Positions 1 through 9,147 of a DNA stretch of 64,000 nucleotides are shown here, one piece after another. The number at the start of each line of letters is the position of its first letter. Position 1 is the stretch's first letter. The position numbers were made by a program, and so were the translations under genes. The stretch lies in contig OZ242195.1 in NCBI GenBank assembly GCA_965205975.1, positions 672,001-736,000 on the forward strand, in the 5' to 3' direction. Origin of the DNA: Candidatus Latescibacterota bacterium (GTDB lineage Bacteria; Latescibacterota; UBA2968). The notes under the pieces were generated by a model. It was not told where the DNA came from and did not search any database. It worked only from the letters and a program-made list of their open reading frames with translations.

Positions 1-248
1 ATGTTTGAGGAGATGTCGATCCCAGTAAGGCTGAATGTCCCTGCAAGATGTCGTGCGACTGGGATACCAGCACCACATCCAACATCAAGGATCTTTGCAC
101 CAGGCATCAGATGCTCAGTTATCAAGTTGAGCTCCGCTTCAGGCGTGGTACGCCTTTGCCCCGCATAATCTCTCGCACACCGGTTATAGGCGGTCCTTAC
201 CAGTTCTCGATAATCGGTCTCTGGATCGTTAGCAATTTTGAATGGCAT
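1..248 (-). CDS. Class I SAM-dependent methyltransferase (partial, runs off window start)
   Basis: Manual translation from ATG 248 (RBS AAAGGAG): MPFKIANDPETDYRELVRTAYNRCARDY...KILDVGCGAGIPVARHL...LTGIDISSN. SAM motif I (LDVGCGAG) and post-II (GIDIS) present. Confidence 0.9.
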   Translation of the reverse strand, partial: MPFKIANDPETDYRELVRTAYNRCARDYAGQRRTTPEAELNLITEHLMPGAKILDVGCGAGIPVARHLAGTFSLTGIDISSN

Positions 249-282
249 GGGTCTCCTTTGTAATCTGTGTTATGTGTTTCCT

Positions 283-1191
283 CTATCCGGTTCCGACGAG
301 AACGAGTCCTGTGAAGATGATGGCGGTTCCGAGATATTTGGGTGTGTAGCCGGGTTCTTTGAGAAGGAGGATACCGAAAATAGTGCCCAGGGGAATGCTG
401 ATCTGGCGAAAAGTAACGACATAGCTGACGTTTGAGACAAAGGCCAGGCTGATCAGGACCAGAGTATAAGCGACGGCCATGCCAGCGCCTGCCAGCAGGG
501 CGCGGGATGCCCGCGTTTTCAGGATTTCCCGCATAAGGATGCGACCGCGTTTTTGAAATAAAACCCAAATGCCCAGCCATAGAGAGGTAATGAGGCCTTC
601 GAAAAAGGCGTAGAGCATCGTAGCCTGCCAGCCTGCAATGGGAAGGGCGGGAGTATCTCTGAGGAAGCGCAAAGCCTCGTCGTCGATGATCGAATAACCG
701 GCTGAGGCGAAGGCGGCCATCAATGCAAACAATACCGATACATTCAGGTAGTTGTCAATATGGAAATCACTCAGATGCTTCATGGGCAGGACAAACATTC
801 CAATGACAACCAGAGCAATGCCCCAAATGCACTGTGCGCTGACCTGGTCGGCACGGTCAAAAAAAAGTGTCACGATAATGACTACGATGACCGGAGAGGA
901 CCGGGCGATGGGGTAGAGGATTGACAGGTCGCCTCTCTGGTAGGCGTTGGCCAAGCCGAGGATGTAGATGGTCTGAAAAATACCTGTTGCGATAAGCAAG
1001 AGCCATACGGAGGTAGGGAATGTCGGAATTGCCGAACCGAATAGGATGAGTGCAGGAATCAGGCACAGAGTCCCAAATGTGTTGACCAGGAGGAAGAAGG
1101 CGGAGGACGGATGTTCCCGCTTACACAACAGGTTCCAGCCCACGTGAGTGAAGGCGGAGATGAGGATGAGGATGATGGCGGTGAGGGTCAA
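283..1191 (-). CDS. EamA/DMT family transporter
   Basis: 302 aa, about 10 hydrophobic helices; motifs SAFTHVGWNLL, AYQRGDLSILYPIAR, VSYVVTFRQISI. Confidence 0.9.
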   Translation of the reverse strand: MTLTAIILILISAFTHVGWNLLCKREHPSSAFFLLVNTFGTLCLIPALILFGSAIPTFPTSVWLLLIATGIFQTIYILGLANAYQRGDLSILYPIARSSPVIVVIIVTLFFDRADQVSAQCIWGIALVVIGMFVLPMKHLSDFHIDNYLNVSVLFALMAAFASAGYSIIDDEALRFLRDTPALPIAGWQATMLYAFFEGLITSLWLGIWVLFQKRGRILMREILKTRASRALLAGAGMAVAYTLVLISLAFVSNVSYVVTFRQISIPLGTIFGILLLKEPGYTPKYLGTAIIFTGLVLVGTG

Positions 1192-1256
1192 GGCGACATT
1201 TTTCGAATTATGGAATCAGGAGGGTATCTTATCGTAAAAAACGGGCAAGTCGAGTA

Positions 1257-1559
1257 CTACACTTTATTTCGCGCTTCTAACCATCGCTTTAGCGAACGTT
1301 GGCTCTCTCTCGAAGGTCGGCCAGCCCATACATTTTCGACACTAATATCCTCATCTAAATCAGGCCAATGGATGCCTTCACCCCGACCGATGAGGCGCCA
1401 ATTATTGCGCTCCTGAAGAGTGCCATGCAATAGACGAGGATACCATTCTAAAGGGACGCTTATGCTTCTTCCATCAACTAAGTCTATCATTAGAGACTTA
1501 TCGTCGATAGATATACACTCCGCAAGCGTAGGCTGAATTTCAATCGTTGAAATACTCAT
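1257..1559 (-). CDS. DUF2442 domain protein (putative antitoxin-like)
   Basis: L-x-DGR-x-ISVPLEWYPRL...ERNNWRLIG-x-GEGIHWPDLDEDISVE signature; likely start MSISTIE at 1559. Confidence 0.85.
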   Translation of the reverse strand: MSISTIEIQPTLAECISIDDKSLMIDLVDGRSISVPLEWYPRLLHGTLQERNNWRLIGRGEGIHWPDLDEDISVENVWAGRPSRESQRSLKRWLEARNKV

Positions 1560-1627
1560 TGAAATATGATAATTGTCAAGGGGAATGTGTTCAGAGAGCA
1601 GAACAACCAAAGGTAGTAAAGGGGTAT

Positions 1628-2893
1628 TCAGGCCTCTGCCAACTCGAACTCACCCTCAAATGCAGTTAGGGATTCTTGCATTTCACTTGCCAGTGCCCTC
1701 GAGTCGGACGCTTCTGCCAGGTTCCGGGTTTCCCAGGGATCCGCTTTCATATCGAAGAGCTGGATTACTGGATCGTTCTCATAGGTGATGAGCTTGTGTG
1801 TGTTGGTGCGGAGCATTTTACCGCCTCCGGTGGCGTGTGCTACCACAAAATCTCGCCAATCTGGATTTTTCCCCTCAGCAATCGCACGCAGGCTGTATCC
1901 TCGCATCATGGGAGGCGGCGAGATCCCGGCATAATCACAAACTGTCGGAAACACATCTACGCCCGATACGAGATGCTCCTGGTCGATTACCTGTTCTCCG
2001 ATGTGACTGGGCCAACTCATGATAAAGGGCACCCGCACGGCTTCATCGTATAGAAAGCTCTTAAAGACCATCTTGTGTCGAATATGCCCATCCCCATGGT
2101 CGGATGTAAGGATCACGACCGTATTGTCCTTGAATGCTGAGTTCTCGAGCGCGTCCAGGATCAGACCGATCTGCCCATCCACCTTTTCAATGTAGCGGTA
2201 GTAGGTCCAGATATAGTAACGGTAGAGTTTCTCTTCCCACTTTTCCATACCCGATTCTTCGCCTCGATCTGCCAGTTTCTGATTCCGAGAGCTTATGATT
2301 TTTTCCGGTTCCGCCATGTTTGTCTCGAAATTGGGAGGCAGCGGAGGAAGGTCGTCAATATCGGGGAACGGCATTTTCCCATCGTGCATCGTATGCGTCA
2401 GTACGAAAGAGCAGATATCGTGCGGATTCAAGAGTCCGACTGACAGGAAGAAGGGCTCTTTCTCCTGGTAGTTCTGGAGAAATCCGATCGCACTGCGGGT
2501 CGAAGCAATGTCTCCGGTCTCTGCCGTATTCCGCGGATCGGGGCAGATATGGTGAAAACTCTGTGCGACATCTCTGCCGGGAATATGCCATTTTCCGCTG
2601 TAGTAGGCGTTGTAACCGTTTTTGTTCAGCCATTGTCCAAGGTCCGGCATGGTCGGAACCATGTTGGCACCATTGGCCACGACTCCGTTTTCGGGGGTGT
2701 GGCGTCCGGTAAACCAGCTCGCACGCGCCGGACAGCAGACTGGATTGGCGCTATAGGATTTTGTAAAGCTGATTCCCCTTGCTGCAAGCCGATCCATACC
2801 GGGTGTCTTCACGTCATTGCATCCCAGATGTCCAAGGGCTTCCGCGCTATGCTGGTCGGTCGTAATCAGAAGTATATTCGGTCTCTGTTCCAT
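1628..2893 (-). CDS. Sulfatase (Cys-type)
   Basis: RPNILLITTDQ, CCPARASWFTGR (CxPxR), GKWH, SDHGD. Confidence 0.95.
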   Translation of the reverse strand: MEQRPNILLITTDQHSAEALGHLGCNDVKTPGMDRLAARGISFTKSYSANPVCCPARASWFTGRHTPENGVVANGANMVPTMPDLGQWLNKNGYNAYYSGKWHIPGRDVAQSFHHICPDPRNTAETGDIASTRSAIGFLQNYQEKEPFFLSVGLLNPHDICSFVLTHTMHDGKMPFPDIDDLPPLPPNFETNMAEPEKIISSRNQKLADRGEESGMEKWEEKLYRYYIWTYYRYIEKVDGQIGLILDALENSAFKDNTVVILTSDHGDGHIRHKMVFKSFLYDEAVRVPFIMSWPSHIGEQVIDQEHLVSGVDVFPTVCDYAGISPPPMMRGYSLRAIAEGKNPDWRDFVVAHATGGGKMLRTNTHKLITYENDPVIQLFDMKADPWETRNLAEASDSRALASEMQESLTAFEGEFELAEA

Positions 2894-2896
2894 CGC

Positions 2897-3622
2897 TTAT
2901 GACACCTCCCTCTTGAGAATTACAGTCCGACGCGTACTCACCACGAGAAATAATCGGCCATTCGCATCTACATAATAACAGGTGGGGATAACGGATTCTC
3001 CGTAATGGCAATACACATCTGCTGTTATGGCACTTTGATCTGTTGTGATCTCCGATGTCCCGCGATAAATTAGAAACTGGTTTTCCCGGATCATCGAGAA
3101 CTCTTCTATCAGGTCAAATGCGTGCTTTGCAGTGTCCTTTCTGGCACTTAGCCGCTGGACTGCGTCAAAAAGACACCAGTCGGCGGTATAGGGACCAAGC
3201 GTTTTTGAGCGCGCAGGCTCTTTGCCATCCATAAAAAGCTGGCTATTTTGGATTTCCCCTTTCTGGGTGTATTCAACCAGTCCTTTTCCCGCCGCGGTCC
3301 CGTTGGAATACTTTAGCGTCCAGGTCTTTGGAGATGTGAGTGCGTTGTTCTCGCATAGTGCATTAATTTTTGTCGTGTTATCGAACTTCAGGTCCGAGCA
3401 GGTGATTCCCAAATGACGTTCTTCACCCTCATTCATGGCGGAAATCCTGAGCGTGGCCTCAGGCTCGTGAGACCTGCTCCCTCGCTTCGTCCGAATGTTC
3501 ATCCAGTAGATATCGTATGTCTGCTCTCCCGGTGCCTCTGGATCAAAGGCTCCGGTGGGCAAACCGTATTTGTTCAATACCCTCTTTGTGTGGATATATT
3601 CCCATGGCTCAGCCATTTTCAC
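2897..3622 (-). CDS. Hypothetical protein
   Basis: 241 aa ORF with RBS AAGGAG and an upstream promoter, ending 3 nt before the sulfatase start; no family recognised. Confidence 0.7.
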   Translation of the reverse strand: MKMAEPWEYIHTKRVLNKYGLPTGAFDPEAPGEQTYDIYWMNIRTKRGSRSHEPEATLRISAMNEGEERHLGITCSDLKFDNTTKINALCENNALTSPKTWTLKYSNGTAAGKGLVEYTQKGEIQNSQLFMDGKEPARSKTLGPYTADWCLFDAVQRLSARKDTAKHAFDLIEEFSMIRENQFLIYRGTSEITTDQSAITADVYCHYGESVIPTCYYVDANGRLFLVVSTRRTVILKREVS

Positions 3623-3661
3623 GCTCCTTTCTGAGGAAGGCTCTCAATGAAGGACATTCAG

Positions 3662-3690
3662 ATTCTACGACATAGAGGGGGGAAGTGCAA
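3662..3690 (-). promoter_or_regulatory. Putative sigma70 promoter for the hypothetical-sulfatase operon
   Basis: TTGCAC-17 nt-TAGAAT on the minus strand. Confidence 0.6.
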
Positions 3691-3753
3691 GTATCATCTG
3701 GTAGGGATTTGGAAAGGAGGTCGGAAAACGCCCTATGACCTACTTCGCCGAGC

Positions 3754-3782
3754 TTGACCTGCAAAGGCGAAGTCGCTATTGT
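3754..3782 (+). promoter_or_regulatory. Putative sigma70 promoter for the divergent sulfatase
   Basis: TTGACC-17 nt-TATTGT; an inverted repeat ACTTCGCC...GGCGAAGT flanks the -35. Confidence 0.55.
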
Positions 3783-4962
3783 ATTGGGTCACGAATAGTG
3801 CTGTAGGAGCAACTGATGGAGGACCGACGATGTCGCATGAAAAGCCAAATGTGCTGGTGATTCAGCCCGATCAGCACCGCGGAACGGTGATGGGTTGTGC
3901 AGGTGACTCGCAGGTGAAAACGCCGAATCTGGACCGTTTGGCCTCGGAGGGGATCCGGTTCTCGCGCTGCGCCTCGTCCAGCCCTGTGTGTTCCCCATTT
4001 CGGGGGACGATGCAGACCGGATTGTATTGCCATACCCACGGCGTAGATGTGAACAATATTCTGCTGGATCCCGAACTGATCACATTTGCCGACCTGTTTG
4101 CGGACGCCGGATACGCTACAGGCTATATCGGAAAGTGGCATCTGGATGGGGGCAAGCCCAGGGGAGGGGGTGGATTTATTGAGTCTGGTCCCAGGCGAGC
4201 GGGATGGCAGGAATGGCACGGGTACCAGAAGGGGCACGAGTTCTTTGAAGTCTGGGACTACAACGAGAATCGCGAGAGAGTGCAGATCGAAGGCTATGAC
4301 TGGGAACCGATGTGGCATACGGATATGGCTCTGGACTTTGCAAAACGAAATCGCGACGCTGGTCGTCCCTGGCTCTACTATTTGGGATATGGCCCGCCGC
4401 ACAAGCCCGAACAGTGCCCGCAGAAGTATCTGGATATGTACGATCCTGATACCTTTGAACTGCCAGACGATGTGAAGGGACGGTTCGGAGAGGGGGAACG
4501 CCAGCTTCGAGAGATTTATCAGATGTATTACGCTCAGGTAACGGCGGTGGATGTGGAGATTGGACGTGTGATGGACGGCCTGGAGGAACTGGGAATAGCA
4601 GACAATACGATTGTGGTTTATGTAAGTGATCACGGCGACAAGCTGGGCAGTCACTGCGACCCCGATGAGCGCAACTTTCGTGGCAAGGGAAGTCCTTTTG
4701 CGACTGCGTTTCGCATTCCGTTCATCGTGCGATGGCCCGATCGCATCAAACCAAATCAGGTGTGTGACGCGCTGGTGAGTAGCGTGGATCTCACGCCCAC
4801 GATTTTGGACCTGGCGGGACTGGGAATTCCCGATGTGATGCAGGGCGACAGTATGGCGAACTGGTGCCTGGAGGAGAAAGGCGTGGAGAACGACTGTGTA
4901 TATATGGGACTCCGCGGCGCGACCCAGCCCGGTGGATGGCGTGCCGTATGGGATGGCTGCTA

Positions 4963-6356
4963 CTGCATCGTGGCAAAAAAGGTTCCTTGTATGATCAGCA
5001 TTGCTTATCTTTGTGTGTCCGCCAAGCCTTCAGATAAAATTCGATCCCGTTTATAGTGCCTGTCTCATCGAGGTGTCCATGCCCGGTTATTACAAAAAAG
5101 CCAGCCCGTTGCCCATCAGCGTGATGCAACGTAGCGTCTTAGAACACATTGTCCAACGCCATACCAGTCGCCAAGACCATGCCCGCCGTGCGCGTATGAT
5201 CCTGTTAAGCAGTGAAGGGTTAGGCATCGGTCAAGTCAGCGCACAAGTCGGCGCAGATCCAAAGACAGTTTCTACCTGGCGCAAGCGTTGGCTGGCAGGT
5301 TATGAGGCTCTCAAAGCGATGGAAGCCGAGGGCGATAGCCGTGCCTTGTCCGATGCGGTCTTATCCCTCCTATCGGATGCGCCCCGTCCAGGTACGCCTG
5401 TGAGGTATTCGGCACAGGTGGTCACAAAGATTGTGGCCCTCTCCTGTGAAGCCCCCAAAGCGTGTGGGTATCCCATCAGCCATTGGACGCCTCAAGTCTT
5501 GCGTGAAGCAGTCATCGCCCGCGGCATCGTCCCTGATATTTCAGTTCGCAGTGTGGGACGTTTTTTAAAAAGAGGCCGATCTTAAGCCGCATCAAGTCCG
5601 GTATTGGGCGCGTCCCCCTGATGAAGATCAAGAAGCCTTTTACGAGGCAAGTGAAAAGGTCTGTGCCTTATATCAATCTGCTCTTGACCTTCACGAAGAA
5701 GGTGTGCATGTCATCAGCACAGATGAAAAAACGGGCATACAGGCCAAAGAACGTGCCAAACCCACCCTACCGATGAAGCAGGGACGGGTTGAACATCAGG
5801 AGTTTGAATACAAAAGACATGGCACCTGTTGCTTGATTGGCAATTTTGAAGTCGCCACAGGGCAGGTGATTGCCCCAACCTTATCCCTAACACGAACAGA
5901 GAAAGATTTTAAGACGCACATCCAACAGACCTTTGCACAAGACCCAAAAGGTGAGTGGGTCTTTGTCGTGGATCAACTCAATACCCATAAATCGGAAGCC
6001 TTAGTCCGATGGGTGGCTGATGTGTGCGACATTCAAGACGATTTAGGGGAAAAAGGCAAATACGGGATTCTAAAATCTATGCAAACCCGGGCCGACTTCC
6101 TCAGCAATCAAGCCCACCGAGTGCGCTTTGTTTATACCCCTAAACACGCCTCGTGGCTCAATCAGATTGAATGCTGGTTTTCTATTCTCGTGCGACGCCT
6201 ACTCAAAAGAGGGAGTTTTACCTCTGTCCAAGACCTCCAGCAATCGCTTTTGGATTTCATTGCCTTTTTCAACAAAACCATGGCCAAACCGTTTAAATGG
6301 ACCTATACCGGAAGACCCCTTAATCTATAACACCAATGACTTTTGCCACGATGCAC
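4963..6356 (+). mobile_element. IS630-family insertion sequence
   Basis: Terminal inverted repeats CTGCATCGTGGCAAAA / TTTTGCCACGATGCAC (15/16 match); TA duplication at 4961-4962 and 6357-6358; encodes an HTH plus DDE transposase. Confidence 0.95.
5079..6330 (+). CDS. IS630 transposase, two ORFs joined by a probable programmed +1 shift
   Basis: OrfA 5079-5585 (HTH; RRARMILL, WRKRW, DAPRPGTP, SHWT). +1 frame from about 5572 (EADLKPHQVRYW...STDEKTGIQ...VDQLNTHKS...WLNQIECWF, DDE triad). T6A5 run at 5561-5571. Confidence 0.9.
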
Positions 6357-6551
6357 TACGTGTTTTCACCAGGGATTTACAATGTCCTGTATGACCACGA
6401 ATCCGATCCGCTGGAGATGGAAAATCTCATCGACGCGCCACAGATTTCAGGTGAGAAGAAGCGGTTAGCAGGGCTACTCCTACAGATGGCCGAGAAGACG
6501 GGAGATCCGATGCTGCAGGATGTGAAGGGCCTTTGCGGTATGTGATCCTCC

Positions 6552-7844
6552 CTAATCGCCATCGCGGTCATACGCACGCTCCCACGCTTTCACCCGTTCA
6601 AACAATACGCCCACGCGCTCTTGATATCTTTCATCCTCAATCCGATTATAAAACTCCTTCGAATCCTCCGATAAATCAAAATACTCTCCTGCCTCACCCT
6701 GATATACATTCAACTTTTCCGTCTCCGTCCGAATCATCTGGGTATCACCAATCTGACTGAATACCGCATCCCGCCAATCACCAGGGGCTGTCTCTCCATC
6801 CAGCAAGGGTTTCAACGACCGTCCGTGTACAGAGTCGGGCACCTCAGTTCCGATCAGATCACAAATCGTCGGAAATAAATCAATATGTTCTACCAGTTCA
6901 TCCCGCACCCCCGATTGACTTCTTGGATCAGAAATCAACAACGGCACATGCACCGAAGCCTCTCGCATATTAAACTTCAAAAACATCTCGTGTTCCCACA
7001 TCTGATCGCCGTGATCTGCCGTCCAGATCACAATCGTCTCGTCCCTGATTCCCAACCGATCCAACGCATCTAAAACCATCCCACAATACCCATCCACAAG
7101 TTCAATCATCCCATAATATCCCGCAATCACCTGCCGTAGTTCCACGGGTGTCAAATGCGCCCACTCTTTTCGTTTTCTCAAAATATCACTGTGGGGCAAC
7201 GGCGCATCAGCAGGTGCTTGCTCTGGTAATTCGATCTTTGACTGATCGATCTTTTCATAAATTTCTTTGGGCGGATAAAACGGGGGATGAGGCTCGGTAA
7301 AACTCGTCCAGGACAAAAACTTCTCTCCTTTACTGACGGCTTCTTCAATCTGCCGAATCGACTCTGTTGCCACATGATATCCCCAATACTGCTCCCGACT
7401 TCGCGGACTTGGCCCGCCAGATGACCGCCGCAATACGCCCTCATTTTCCCAATCGTATCGGGCCAGCATATTCTCAGGCATTGTCTCGCGCCACATCTGT
7501 TGTGTAATCTCTGGCTCATAGCCGTTGTCCATATCGGGATCTTTCCAGTGCATATGTCCCAGATGAAAACGACGATAATTCAAGGGTTGCACGGCGTGTG
7601 CGATCGTGTACATCCCCGGATAAGGCATTGAATTATTGGTAAAGACGCCATGTGTATGGACATATTTGCCGGTTGCCAAACTGTGCCGCGCTGGCGAACA
7701 CACAGGCGACTGTGTATAACACTGGTCAAATCGCACACTCTTTTCGGCCAGACGATCCAGATTGGGCGTATGAGCCAGTGGATTCCCCAGGCATCCCAAC
7801 GCATCAAATCTGTGATGATCGCTCATCAAAACAAGCACATTCAT
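6552..7844 (-). CDS. Sulfatase (choline-sulfatase-like, Cys-type)
   Basis: MNVLVLMSDHH, CSPARHSLATG, ADHGD; RBS AAAGGAGA. Confidence 0.93.
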   Translation of the reverse strand: MNVLVLMSDHHRFDALGCLGNPLAHTPNLDRLAEKSVRFDQCYTQSPVCSPARHSLATGKYVHTHGVFTNNSMPYPGMYTIAHAVQPLNYRRFHLGHMHWKDPDMDNGYEPEITQQMWRETMPENMLARYDWENEGVLRRSSGGPSPRSREQYWGYHVATESIRQIEEAVSKGEKFLSWTSFTEPHPPFYPPKEIYEKIDQSKIELPEQAPADAPLPHSDILRKRKEWAHLTPVELRQVIAGYYGMIELVDGYCGMVLDALDRLGIRDETIVIWTADHGDQMWEHEMFLKFNMREASVHVPLLISDPRSQSGVRDELVEHIDLFPTICDLIGTEVPDSVHGRSLKPLLDGETAPGDWRDAVFSQIGDTQMIRTETEKLNVYQGEAGEYFDLSEDSKEFYNRIEDERYQERVGVLFERVKAWERAYDRDGD

Positions 7845-7862
7845 CGATAAATCTCCTTTCAA

Positions 7863-9110
7863 TCAACTTCTTATTTGGTTTCTCCATTGGTTAAGCGCGA
7901 GGAGCATGCTGTCTCTGGTTTCGCGGTTCAGACTCTGAGCCAGGTTGTTGCGTTCATACGGGTCGTCCGCCAGATCAAAGCAATGCGTAATGTCATTCTC
8001 GTTCCGCTTTGTAATTAGCTTTACGTCGCCCCTGATAATGCAATCATCTTTGTGTTCGATGAAGACATCGGTTGCGATATCTGGTTCTCCAGTCATGCAG
8101 GAGAGTAGAGAGCGTCCTCCAGTGTCTCCGGGATTTTCAGCATCGGCCAGATGGAGAATTGTGGCGAATAGATCTACGGTAGATACTGGTTTCTCAACAA
8201 CACATTGTGCTGTTCCGGGTACGCGGATGAGCAGGGGCACGCGAACAGACTCATCGAACATAACGCCTTTTCCGAACAGGCCATGACAACCGGCCATATC
8301 GCCATGGTCAGATGTGAAGATGACGACAGTATCATCTGCCAGTCCAGTCTTTTCCAGTGTTTTCAATACGCGGCCAAACGCGGTGTCCAACTGAGAGACT
8401 TCCCCAAAGTACCGCTTCCTGAATTCTTCGACGCCGTAGTCCGCATTCCAGCCTGTATTCTTGAACCAGGCGTCGCGGTCCGTGTTAGGCGGATCATCCA
8501 GTACGGACTTGTCATATCGCTGCATGTCGTCCACCGGAGGCGAACACGGGGGGTGGGGTGCTTGATACGATACTGCCATGAAGAAAGGGGACTCCGGGGA
8601 TGATAGCGATTCCAGTTCTTCGCAGACAATATCTGTCAAGCCATCGGTTTCGTGCCCACGAAGCTTTACGGGGGTGTCGGGATCGTCGTACCAGATCAGT
8701 CCGGCATTGTGATCTACATGGTGGCTTTCCCACCCAATGAAGTGTTGAAATCCTCCCCGCAGTTCTGGCGGGACCCACCCGTTCTGTTTTTCACCGCTCA
8801 AATGCCATTTCCCGATATAGTGCGTGTCATAACCCGCCTGGTTCAGGTGATGGGCAATGGTCGGCTGATTCACGGGGAGGCGCATACCATTCCCTGTGAC
8901 GCCGGTCTGGCTCGGGTATTGACCGGTTAATAGACAAGCTCTGTATGGGGTGCAGAGCGGTACATTCGTATAAGCGCGATTGAATTGCGCGTTTTGTGCG
9001 GCGAATTGTGATAGGTTGGGGGCGTGAACGAGATGGTTTCCATAGCACGGCAACCATCTGGCGCTAAGCTGGTCGGGAAATATGAATAGAATATTTGGTC
9101 TGTGTATCAT
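7863..9110 (-). CDS. Sulfatase (Cys-type)
   Basis: RPNILFIFPDQ, CTPYRACLLTG, GKWH, SDHGD. Confidence 0.95.
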   Translation of the reverse strand: MIHRPNILFIFPDQLSARWLPCYGNHLVHAPNLSQFAAQNAQFNRAYTNVPLCTPYRACLLTGQYPSQTGVTGNGMRLPVNQPTIAHHLNQAGYDTHYIGKWHLSGEKQNGWVPPELRGGFQHFIGWESHHVDHNAGLIWYDDPDTPVKLRGHETDGLTDIVCEELESLSSPESPFFMAVSYQAPHPPCSPPVDDMQRYDKSVLDDPPNTDRDAWFKNTGWNADYGVEEFRKRYFGEVSQLDTAFGRVLKTLEKTGLADDTVVIFTSDHGDMAGCHGLFGKGVMFDESVRVPLLIRVPGTAQCVVEKPVSTVDLFATILHLADAENPGDTGGRSLLSCMTGEPDIATDVFIEHKDDCIIRGDVKLITKRNENDITHCFDLADDPYERNNLAQSLNRETRDSMLLALNQWRNQIRS

Positions 9111-9147
9111 GTATTCGGGGTGGGGGAGAGGTTGATTGATCCTTTTA

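Larger units (their letters stand above)
3830..6545 (+). pseudogene. Sulfatase interrupted by IS630
   Basis: 5' part has KPNVLVIQPDQ, CSPFR, GKWH, SDHGD. Removing 4963-6358 rejoins in frame ...WDGC-Y-VFSPGIYNVLYDHESDPLEMENL..., a typical sulfatase C-terminus, with stop at 6545. Confidence 0.93.

Noticed and set aside
3779..5056. Complete 425-aa sulfatase as given in the ORF track
   Set aside because: The last 31 codons or so are read-through into the IS630 left end; the true C-terminus lies at 6359-6545.
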